A stretch of 34,942 nt of DNA from Asterionella formosa. Taxonomy: Eukaryota. This document shows positions 1-9,612 of the stretch, in pieces (position 1 is the stretch's first letter; each line of letters starts with the position of its first letter). The notes under the pieces were generated by a model. That model saw nothing but the letters and a program-made list of their open reading frames with translations, was not told where the DNA came from and did no database searches. The DNA is taken from positions 1-34,942 of the forward strand of contig NKIB01000141.1 in NCBI GenBank assembly GCA_002256025.1. The letters run 5' to 3'. The position numbers and the translations under genes are program-made.

Positions 1-1220
1 GCTGATGCCCCGTAATTTTCATACCGGGTATTGCATACCGGTATACTATGCAGTTGGGGTTATTCTACTATCATAGAGGATGATACGCCCGAATATTTCT
101 GCAGTCTGTGCGTTGCTACCGAGCATGCTGCTTGTTGCCACGTTGTCCGTATCCCTGGTACCTGTACCATGTACTGTACCGGTATACCGGTATACCGACA
201 TACTTACTCTGCTAACAAGAAGCAAGGCAGGTAGGAGCCAGAGATCCTGATATTACGCACAGACAGTTTCTTCGCGCGGGATCCTTTGATTATTAAGTTC
301 AATCAAACAGAAAGACGTACAGAACCTAAATGCCTCCTGTAGGTTCTACGTGTTTCTAATATTAACTGGTTTGATTTCGCCAAGTTGGTGGCGGAACTTT
401 GGCAAAACGACTCATTATTTTTCAGCCTCAAGGTGTGTATTAAGAAATGCCCTTTAGGAGCTCAGAACATGAGCATGTTATTGAGTTTATGACCATTTTA
501 ATGCCCCGAGGCTTCCGTAGATGAATGTGCTTGTCGTGGGAGGTTGAGAAAAGATGGAAGGAGAGTGTTGCACTTGTAAAACGACAGAATGCTGGCACAG
601 GAATGCAAATTCTGACGCCGATCGCCTCATCATTTGGGGGAATCACAGGCTGGTCTAGATTTGTATGGAGGAGCAACTTGAGGTTCAATGTCTTCTTTGA
701 ACCAAGTTGCTTCCATCCGTTTACTTATCAAGATCAGGTAGGACTCACTGGTGCAAGGGGTGCCGAAGCAAAGCGTTTACAATACCAAAAGAACAATGCT
801 GAATGTCGAGGTCGCATTTTCTTAATTGGAACGCAGGTTTCAATGCAATGCTAACCGTGAGGAATTCCATTCTTCTCAATGGCAGATCCAAACTCCCTGG
901 ACCAGAAGTGACCATATCTGAACCAAATTCTGACGAGCAAAGCGTTTTGGTCAGGCATCTGTTCACTCTCCTACCTTCTCTGTTTACTCCCCGTTCTCCA
1001 CTGATGACGTCACATCTAATTGAATCGGATACATTAGTAAATTTTTGACAACCTTGGAAAACATATTCGTACCTGGTATCAGATCTTCAACCGATTATAT
1101 TATATGAGAGTTATTCAAAATCGATTTCTCCTTTTTTAGGCACTCTGCCCCTTTTCACCATTTTCTCACGTTTGTGATCTTCTCCTCGAAACATGACAGT
1201 ATTTCCAAGAAGATTATTAT

Positions 1221-2546
1221 ATGAAGTTCGGACAGACACTGCGCGAAGATACACTCAAGGAATGGCGCTTTTATGCCGTAGACTACAAGGACTTGAAGAA
1301 GGCCCTAAAGCTCTCGTCCCTTGCAGATGACGACGACGGTTTCTTCCCAACAGATTCCTCCGACAATGACGAATCGCACAATCCTGCTGTGAATTTCGCC
1401 GAGTTTTTCAAAATCTTGGATAAATCGAAAGCCAAACTTGGTAAGTTTTACAACGAAAGGGAAAAGTGGGCATTGGATTACATTAAAGTTCTTGAGACCC
1501 GCGTGGAAGACCTTCGCAATGAAGCTGTCCCATCCTCACCTATTGATCCGAAGAGCATGTGCTCGTCTCAACCTGGGTCGTCTTTGTCAAACTCTTGTTG
1601 CTCCCTGGATAGCACCAACTCCCAAAACATCTTGTCCACTGGCTCGCCCACGGGTGTTATCGAGAACCTTGAGGCAGCAGCGGGGAAGGTGAGTTCTGGA
1701 AAAGAAGCTGTAGTCGTTGACTATGCGTGGCTCAAGGAAGAATACCGTCGAGTCGAAAGATCCAAGCACTTCCACGCTTTCATCTACGCCAAAAAGTCTC
1801 TCAAAACATTCGAACGTGAGCTTGGACTTTTGGTCGAATTTTTGGCCCTCAATGCAACAGCATTTACCAAGATTCTGAAAAAATTTGATAAGCAAACTAA
1901 GATGTCTATCAAAGAGGTGCAGCTAGCTGAACTCGAACGAACTCATGGATTCATGAAAGGCAAGGTTCTCTTGGAACTCAAGAAATATGTTTGTGAGCTG
2001 GTTGACGTCGTGAACTCCCTCAAGCCCAAACTTCCCGAAGGGTGGGAAAACCGCAAGGTTTACACTATTGGTTGCTTTGATCTTTTTCATAGAGGCCACG
2101 AGAACGTTCTTGTCTCGCTTCGTGAATTCGGCTATTATATTGTAGCTGGTATCCACGATGATGCGAGCTACTTCCAACTCAAGAATAAACACACAATCGA
2201 GAACCTCGAAACTCGCATGAAGAATGTTAAGCCATATGTTGATCAGCTCTATGTCATTCCATCCACAGACCCACTTCTGTACATCCAGAGTGTCGTCTCA
2301 GAGAAGGACATCGAGACTGGATCATGCTGCTATGCTCGTGGTGACGACATGTTGGACTTTCCCAGTCGTGACTGGGTTGAGAGTGTCATGCCAGTCCACT
2401 TTGTTCCTCGGACTGAGGCATGCAGCTCGACCTTGATTCGGACGATTTATCACTCAGCAGATAAGGAGCTGGGAGCCAAGGCTGCATTCGCCAAGACTCG
2501 CTATGACGGCAAGCCTGTCGATGAGGATGGAAACTTGCTTCCTTGA
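1221..2546 (+). CDS. SPX domain-cytidylyltransferase (HxGH nucleotidyltransferase, TagD/CCT/ECT-like) fusion protein, 441 aa, intronless
   Basis: N-terminus MKFGQTL..EWRFYAVDYKDLKK and LNATAFTKILKKFDK are hallmark SPX motifs. The C-terminal KVYTIGCFDLFHRGH, IVAGIHDD, RGDD and PRTEACSSTLIR match the CTP_transf_like family (HxGH and RTxGxS(S/T)T-like motifs). Confidence 0.92.
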   Translation: MKFGQTLREDTLKEWRFYAVDYKDLKKALKLSSLADDDDGFFPTDSSDNDESHNPAVNFAEFFKILDKSKAKLGKFYNEREKWALDYIKVLETRVEDLRNEAVPSSPIDPKSMCSSQPGSSLSNSCCSLDSTNSQNILSTGSPTGVIENLEAAAGKVSSGKEAVVVDYAWLKEEYRRVERSKHFHAFIYAKKSLKTFERELGLLVEFLALNATAFTKILKKFDKQTKMSIKEVQLAELERTHGFMKGKVLLELKKYVCELVDVVNSLKPKLPEGWENRKVYTIGCFDLFHRGHENVLVSLREFGYYIVAGIHDDASYFQLKNKHTIENLETRMKNVKPYVDQLYVIPSTDPLLYIQSVVSEKDIETGSCCYARGDDMLDFPSRDWVESVMPVHFVPRTEACSSTLIRTIYHSADKELGAKAAFAKTRYDGKPVDEDGNLLP

Positions 2547-2717
2547 ATGGAACAAGATTCGCCCGCTCTGAGGGGTTTTCTGCCAACCTACTTATTTCTC
2601 GTATCTTACATGATTAGGTGTATACATCGTTTTAAGGGTGCTAAATATTATTGTTAATATTGACAACTTGAATGTTCATCTACGACCTGGTTACCCAACA
2701 TTTCGCATGTGACTTGA

Positions 2718-3809
2718 CTAACTTTTGTGCGCCATGTAGTGCAGGTTAAAGCCGTCGTCAGGAATAGGGAGTGAGCGAATAGTGTGGAAACCTGCTTGTG
2801 CAAGCATTTCTGTTGCCTTTTGGTGGCCCCACATCATCCCTAGACCCCTACCTCCATGCACCATTCCAACTTGCATGCAATGCATTAATGATACTGTGTA
2901 AAGTAGGGGGCCTAATGGATGTGATGCATTGGATGCCAAGTCACTATCGGCTTTGACATCGATCATGGAAAACAGCCCGCCCGGTTTCAGGGCATCATAA
3001 ACACCCGACAAAACTGTCTCGGGCTCGCACTGGTCGTGAATGGCATCAAATGCGAGGACATAATCAAAGGAACCAGCATACTCTTCATGATTTACAATTT
3101 CGGCAGCGTCCATGGCAACAAAAGAAAGGTTGCTTATGTCCATGGCCGCTTCCGAGGCCTTGGCAATTGCATCTTCGTCCAAGTCCAGACCAACAAAAGT
3201 GGATTCCGGAAACTCCTTTGCCATCAACGCGATGGCAAGACCTTCACCACAGCCAAGATCCATGACGCGCATCCCACCTTCCTTGAGACGCGTAACTATT
3301 TGGCCATCATCGATGGAAGGTAGAAACGTCTGGATCAAGGTGTTCCTGTGCTTCTGTTCTGCCGCTTTCCCCATGAATGCCTGGAATGCGGGGTACTTCG
3401 AATATGGAATTCCTGCGCCAGTGTAAAAAGTCCTTTCAACGTCCGCATAGACACAACTAGTCAAAAGTGGTATTTCTTGACAATAGACTCCTAGATTATC
3501 GGACCCCGCTCGTTGACACAGAACGTCTCCTCGATGTTTGGGTAAAAAGTATTTGCCGTCCTCGACGACATCGACTATGTTTCCACTCACAACGATTCCG
3601 AGCCACTCCTGACATACCCTAGAATTCAGATTGGCTCGTGACGCCAGCTCACTACAAGTGAGTGGTTCGTCTGCTTGATCGAGAACTTCAAACAGACCAA
3701 CATTATAGCCAAGGCCAATGGCAACATTTAATGCCCCATAATTCAAGATTTGTATCATTCGCGACGAAAAATCCTCTGTATCAGTGGGATCACCCTTTAT
3801 TTCAGCCAT
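2718..3809 (-). CDS. Class I SAM-dependent methyltransferase with N-terminal winged-helix region (Rv2258c-like), at least 363 aa
   Basis: Motif I VMDLGCGEG, motif II FVGLDLD, FDYVLAFDAIHD and LKPGG, C-terminal LYTVSLMHCM...GLGMMWG, and N-terminal GLFEVL..PLTCSELASRANLNSRVCQEWL. The frame stays open from 3830 into the N gap, so the true start could lie further upstream. Confidence 0.9.
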   Translation of the reverse strand: MAEIKGDPTDTEDFSSRMIQILNYGALNVAIGLGYNVGLFEVLDQADEPLTCSELASRANLNSRVCQEWLGIVVSGNIVDVVEDGKYFLPKHRGDVLCQRAGSDNLGVYCQEIPLLTSCVYADVERTFYTGAGIPYSKYPAFQAFMGKAAEQKHRNTLIQTFLPSIDDGQIVTRLKEGGMRVMDLGCGEGLAIALMAKEFPESTFVGLDLDEDAIAKASEAAMDISNLSFVAMDAAEIVNHEEYAGSFDYVLAFDAIHDQCEPETVLSGVYDALKPGGLFSMIDVKADSDLASNASHPLGPLLYTVSLMHCMQVGMVHGGRGLGMMWGHQKATEMLAQAGFHTIRSLPIPDDGFNLHYMAHKS

Positions 3810-3830
3810 TTTCCCTGGTGAACTTTCAAT

Positions 3831-4291
3831 NNNNNNNNNNNNNNNNNNNNNNNNNNNNNNNNNNNNNNNNNNNNNNNNNNNNNNNNNNNNNNNNNNNNNN
3901 NNNNNNNNNNNNNNNNNNNNNNNNNNNNNNNNNNNNNNNNNNNNNNNNNNNNNNNNNNNNNNNNNNNNNNNNNNNNNNNNNNNNNNNNNNNNNNNNNNNN
4001 NNNNNNNNNNNNNNNNNNNNNNNNNNNNNNNNNNNNNNNNNNNNNNNNNNNNNNNNNNNNNNNNNNNNNNNNNNNNNNNNNNNNNNNNNNNNNNNNNNNN
4101 NNNNNNNNNNNNNNNNNNNNNNNNNNNNNNNNNNNNNNNNNNNNNNNNNNNNNNNNNNNNNNNNNNNNNNNNNNNNNNNNNNNNNNNNNNNNNNNNNNNN
4201 NNNNNNNNNNNNNNNNNNNNNNNNNNNNNNNNNNNNNNNNNNNNNNNNNNNNNNNNNNNNNNNNNNNNNNNNNNNNNNNNNNNNNNNNNNN
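3831..4291. other. Assembly gap (461 N)
   Basis: Run of n characters; ORFs crossing it are artefacts. Confidence 1.
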
Positions 4292-4648
4292 AACCAAAAA
4301 AAAAGGAATCATGTAGTTTAATTCATACATGAATATATTTATGTATTTCTCTTCACTGCTTGACTTTCGACTGGGTGCAAGCCAATAAATACCGGTACAT
4401 CGATGACATTCGCCTCATCGTACATTTCTAGCATAATATCAAATCTTGGAATTTCTTCCTTTTTCGTGGTGAGTGTCAACTTGGGAATCGATTTACAAAG
4501 CTAAACTGGTGTGCCATACAAGAACAGATAAATAATCATTACAGTTCATAGTACATTTATGACTCTTCTTGTCATCGCGAAATATTCAAGCAGCTGCCAA
4601 TTCAGTCCTCCAATTATTCATTTCATTTCAGGCTCTAGCAGTTGAGTT

Positions 4649-5605
4649 TTAATTTCCGAAAACGACACATTTGTTCTCATACACAACAATCCTATCTTCT
4701 AAATGTGCCTTTACAGCCTGCACCAGAACATGACGTTCCAAGACGCGTCCCTTTGCCAACAAGTCATCAACGGTATGACGGTGGGAGATTCGGTCGACAT
4801 CTTGTTCAATAATGGGACCTTCATCTAAATCCGCTGTGGCGTAATGAGCGGTAGCACCCACCAACTTGACTCCACGAGCATGGGCTCGATGATAGGGTTT
4901 TGACCCAATAAATGCAGGCAAAAAGCTGTGATGAATATTGATCACCGCATATTGAAAGGCATTGCAAAACTCGTCAGTAATGATCTGCATATACCGGGCC
5001 AGAACGACAAGTTCAACACCAAGTTCCTTCATGAGCGCCAATTCAGCGTCTTCTTGGGCACGCTTACTGCTGCTGGTAATGGCAAATACTTCGAACCGGA
5101 TGTTGAATTGGTCCGCAATATGGCGCAAATCGTCGTGGTTGGAGATAATAAGCGCAACCTCACATGGAAGTTCCCCCGCTTGGTGACGAAGGAGTAATTC
5201 CCAAAGGGCATGGTCATATTTGGACACCATAATACTGCATCCATAGAAAACGAGGGAAGTCTGATGAGTATGTGGAAAGGAAATGATTAAACGAACAGAA
5301 ACAATAGTCCACTCAGCTTACCAAATCTTCTTTTTGGAATCTCCCCAACTTAATTGGCTCTTCATCTGGAATCTCGCACACACTTCACTTATCCCCTTTT
5401 CCAGAGAGATACGATCGGTGTGCATTGTACCGTACTCAAAGACGATGCGCTGAAAGAATCGATTGGCTCCAATATCCGTGTGCTGCTCGGCATCTATAAT
5501 ACCACATCCGTGACCATAAAGGAGCTGGGCAAAAGCGGCTACGATACCCTTTGTATCTGGGCCTTCAATGCGGAGGATGGCTTTTTTGATTGATTTGTTT
5601 TCCAT
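4649..5605 (-). CDS. purU: Formyltetrahydrofolate deformylase, 289 aa; exons 5605-5322 and 5234-4649
   Basis: ACT-like N-terminus (GPDTKGIVA) and formyltransferase domain with VVLARYMQI, INIHHSFLPAF.G.KPYHRAHARGVKLVGATAHY...LDEGPIIEQD. An 87-nt intron (5321-5235, GTAAGC...TGCAG) restores KKKI-C-IMVSKYDH. Confidence 0.96.
5235..5321 (-). other. Spliceosomal intron of purU (87 nt, phase 2)
   Basis: GTAAG donor, pyrimidine-rich body and CAG acceptor; joins the two ORF halves in frame. Confidence 0.9.
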
Positions 5606-7159
5606 GTTTTCTGTTGGGATTGATGTTTTGATTGGTAGATATAGGTGCGGTGATTGTAGTCGATGATGGTCGATAAAATGTGTGCGTTAATACAGTGGTC
5701 GTACTTCAAATTCAATCGATCAGAACCCCATCCCCAGCAATCTTTAGTTCTTGTTCGAGTTCAATGGTGCTTCCCTGAAATTCGAGTTTGTTCTTTCCTA
5801 TTCTACCGTTGTCCCAGGTATGTCACAGGTAAGTAGTCATACGTATTCGTACGGTCTAGCATAGCATTGAGCGGCGGTACAGGTATGCATACAAAGGAAT
5901 CCATGTGATCTGCCTTCGAGAAAATATACCGTATCTTGCTTGCTGCAGAGTGTTGGCTTTCCACGCGTAATGTGTTCGTCGCCCATAAATAGAATTACTG
6001 AATGTATGATGTACAGTATGTGTGACAAGAAGCATAGCTCAACACATCATGACGTTCCACCACTGACAGCTATAGGTTGAGAACTGAATGAGAATCCCTA
6101 ATACAATCCACCCTTCACATTTATTTCTCAGATTGACATTTGGATATGATACAAATGGGAAAGGGAATGAGATGGAAGGTACTACTAGCTACTACTACAC
6201 CAGAATTTTTGTCAAAATCCTATGTATTTTGACAAAACTGCAATGAAATATTTTTTTATCTTGAGTAGAAATGATGAACATGATTGGCAAGCTGTGAACC
6301 ATGGAGTATGTTGCTTCTTGCTGGTATGTGCGTTTTTAGGGTATACTTATTACATTTGGCTCATTGTTGTTTATTGCTTTGTCATGATCCTTGTGATCAG
6401 TCCTCTGCTGCTGTAGTTCGACAATTGTCCTTTCACATAGACTGAACAATGTTGGGAGACACCAAGGTGAATGTTACATTTGGGAATTATTAATCCGCTG
6501 GATACTGATGAGACCTTCGACACAGGCAGGCAAGGCGATCTTTCATCAAAAGTCCGATCAACTCCTTGCTTGGAGTAGGTTGATTGTTTGGTTTGCTGTG
6601 TTGCCATTCAAACTTCAACTAACTCCCTCTCCATTAGTCGGCGGTGTTCGTGATTCAATGGAAAGCGACTGCACGGGAGAGGGCTTCTGACAAATGGAAC
6701 AGGAAGAGGATGATGCGGCTATACTTTTATTGCACCCACAAAACCAAGGAACCAGCACGTGTTGGGCAATTTCCAGGTGGCCATATTTTGGAGTTGCTGC
6801 TGGAGAGTAGTGTTACATCCGAAGAATTTTCTTGTTCTTGGTACCTTCTGTTGGATCAAAAATGGATTTTACATCCAACAATCTGTCAATCGACCTATCC
6901 ATCAGCCTTACAAACTGACTGGAATGGGGAATGATACATGGATACTCTATAATGGTACCATGGTACCTGGTACCCGAGGTAGCACTCGTAAGCGTTTGTA
7001 TATAATAGTTAAGCTTGGATTATTCGATTCTTTACTGTAGATAATTAATCTACCAGTACACCGGTAGCACCTAGGACGTCACTAAGTGGTGATCACCATG
7101 TGAATTGATGACGTTTTCTATCTCAACAAAGGCCTGTCCTGCGTCACTACATCAATTTC

Positions 7160-7202
7160 AGCAAAATGACCGCAACTTGCAGCAAGTTGCGGTCATTTTG
7201 CT
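7160..7202. repeat. Perfect inverted repeat with 21-bp arms and a 1-nt spacer; diverged arm copies at ~7247-7273 and ~7324-7339
   Basis: AGCAAAATGACCGCAACTTGC-A-GCAAGTTGCGGTCATTTTGCT read directly from the sequence. Confidence 0.95.
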
Positions 7203-7573
7203 TCAACTAACAATTTAATATGGGATAAAGATAGCTAAACTTTTAGTTTCAGCAAAAATACCGCAACTTGCAGGTACCGGTACCAGGTTCCACTTTAGCT
7301 CCCTTGCTTTATCATTTGTTAACAACCGCAGCTTGCTGCTACCAGGTACCAGATACACTATTTTAGGGTACCAGGTACCGTAGACAAATACGCACATAAT
7401 ATATAATACCGGTATAATGATACCGGTAAGTTGATAACAATATTCATCAGTGAGGATAGAATCTTGCTTCCTCAGGGCTCAGAATCACCATTATATACCG
7501 GTAGTACATTCACTTATTAGCAACATAAACGCTCACTTCTCCCATCATCGCTCACACTCATAGCCTTTCAAGC

Positions 7574-9235
7574 ATGTCAGCGTCCACATCTCAGCAAGTC
7601 ACGCTGGTGGTGGCCACTGCCACTGCCACTGTGTTCACCATGATGGGAGTGGGCATCGCCCTCCTCCAATCCGACATGGTGGGTCGGAAGATTCTTTCTG
7701 TGCCGCATCTAATCAAGAAGCGGCAGGCGGAATACCGCTACAAATGGTCCAAGCAGTTGGAAAAACAAATGTACATTGCCATGGACATTCTAGGCGGAGA
7801 AATGGCCCTTTCGCTCCTAACGTCGGACGAGGAAATGGACGACTTTTTGACTCAATGTATCGAACAAAGCAGTGACGCGCGGGTGTTGGGAGTGGGCCTG
7901 GACGAGCGAGACTCGCGAGCTGTTCCAGAACATTATGTTTATATTTCCTTTCAGAGTCTCCTGTATCAGCTGCCCTTGCGATCTTTTGGTTTCAAACTGG
8001 CGGACAAGATGGAGCATCAGCTGACAGCGACAGCGCTGTGCTTTGTAGCGGATGCATCGAGTGGACTGGGATTGAACCTTGTGGGAGACTTGTTGACCAA
8101 AAGTGGAGCCAATGTGGTGAGTTCAAGAATCTCATCTCGATGAAATCAGTACACACTAGTTTCATTTATTGAATCCTAGTTTTACTTTGGTGAAACTTTT
8201 GTTTCTGTTCCTCATTTCCTCACATATTTCATGTCTTAGCCTGTCATTCGTGAGCCACTGTGGATGGCCCAGTTTGCGCAAATGGTTGAGCAAGATATTA
8301 TGGCAACAGAAACACTGGAGCGCCTTTTGTTTGGACTGGTACGATTGGAAGCCCACCGGGTCAGAGACCAGGTGGGTCCACTTCGCACTGTAGCGATGAC
8401 TGTGGCCCAATCGACTGTGCCATCCTTGCTTCCTTTGTTACAAAAAGTATTTGCCGAGGAGCGACACGTTTTTTGTTATGACGGATGTCGATCCAGCGTT
8501 GGACGAGCTATGATAGGGAGAAAGAACGAAAAGGACGTACATCAGGGAAGAATTTATCGATTGAATTCAACTCTACTCCAAACTACCCCACTCTCGTTGG
8601 ATTTGACCAAAGCTGTCCCAACCTTGGCACCAGCTCTTGCGAACCTTCCAATTTATCTAGCTGACACGACTGAAACATGGATGGCCAGTGTGGACACTTT
8701 TTTAAAGTTAAAGGAGGAGGAGAAAACAAACAATTACCTTCCATTCGTTTGCAAAATGGGCTTTTTGATGAATGATTCCACTATTGAAGAAGGGACAGAA
8801 CGATATTTCGCCCTATCCAACCTCTTGCAATTCATAACTGGATCTAGAACCCGTCCACTTGATGATGTGGTGATAGGAATGGCGTGTTCCATTGTAAAGA
8901 ATTATGCGTACGAGAAGCCACCACCTTTTCCTCCTATAGTTGTGAAGGACATTGAAGATTGCGTTTTTCGTCATAAATCGATCTTGATTGGAGAAAAAAC
9001 TCTGAAAGATACTGTCTTGCCGACCAAGCATTGGACACTCAAGGCAGCGCTCAAATCTGGATGTTCTTGTTGTGCCCCCGAAGAAGTGGATGAAGAAGAA
9101 TTGAACTACTTCAAGGCGAAGAGGCTGGCGGATGCCAATGATACTGATTTTGAGCCTTCATCATCCATGAAGACAAAACCAAAGTATGTGGATGGAAAAA
9201 CAACCTTTGCGTTCGACCCTTCGAAATTTGGTTAA
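7574..9235 (+). CDS. Hypothetical protein, 512 aa, N-terminal transmembrane anchor, possibly a degenerate sulfotransferase-like fold; exons 7574-8116 and 8240-9235
   Basis: Two same-frame ORFs joined by a 123-nt intron (8117 GTGAGT...CTTAG 8239), giving ...SGANV|PVIREPLWMAQF. Hydrophobic stretch at about residues 9-31. The fold assignment is a weak inference. Confidence 0.8.
8117..8239 (+). other. Spliceosomal intron (123 nt, phase 0)
   Basis: GTGAGT donor, T-rich body, TTAG acceptor; contains an in-frame TGA at 8141-8143. Confidence 0.85.
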
Positions 9236-9612
9236 AACCTTACATGTTTCTTGAGAAAGTTGCACGTATGTAGCAAATATTGGGTAGAATTTGTAGAAAC
9301 ATGCAGTGATATGAAACGCAGTTAAAATTTCTCACGTTGTACAAAAGAAAAAGTGGCGTCACCTGTGGACGAGTTTGTCACGTTGTCATCATCATGGTGT
9401 AAGCTCATTTCATCAATACCTTAATGGAACACCATGAAAAAAAATCCCACCTGCAACATATAAAATAGTCATTGGTTTGCAATTTGTTGAGACTAATAAT
9501 ATATTTGTTCGAGGCTTAAGTGAAGCATGGTACCAGGTATCATACAAAGTCTGATATTCCAAGATAGAACTTCAAATAGGACAAAAAGTTCAAAATACTT
9601 GCTCACATCATG

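Noticed and set aside
31..1048. Short overlapping ORFs (67-109 aa) upstream of the SPX gene
   Set aside because: No recognisable motifs and conflicting frames; the first ORF is largely made of TACCGGTA-type repeats.
2718..3809. DSYB/DMSP-synthesis methyltransferase
   Set aside because: The motif pattern fits the Rv2258c-like family; I cannot support a DMSP role from sequence alone.
3662..4332. ORFs spanning the N run
   Set aside because: Artefacts of the assembly gap.
5837..7397. Small ORFs between purU and the 7574 gene
   Set aside because: Short, low-complexity or motif-derived (VPGT/YQVP-type translations of GGTACC repeats), with no coding signal.
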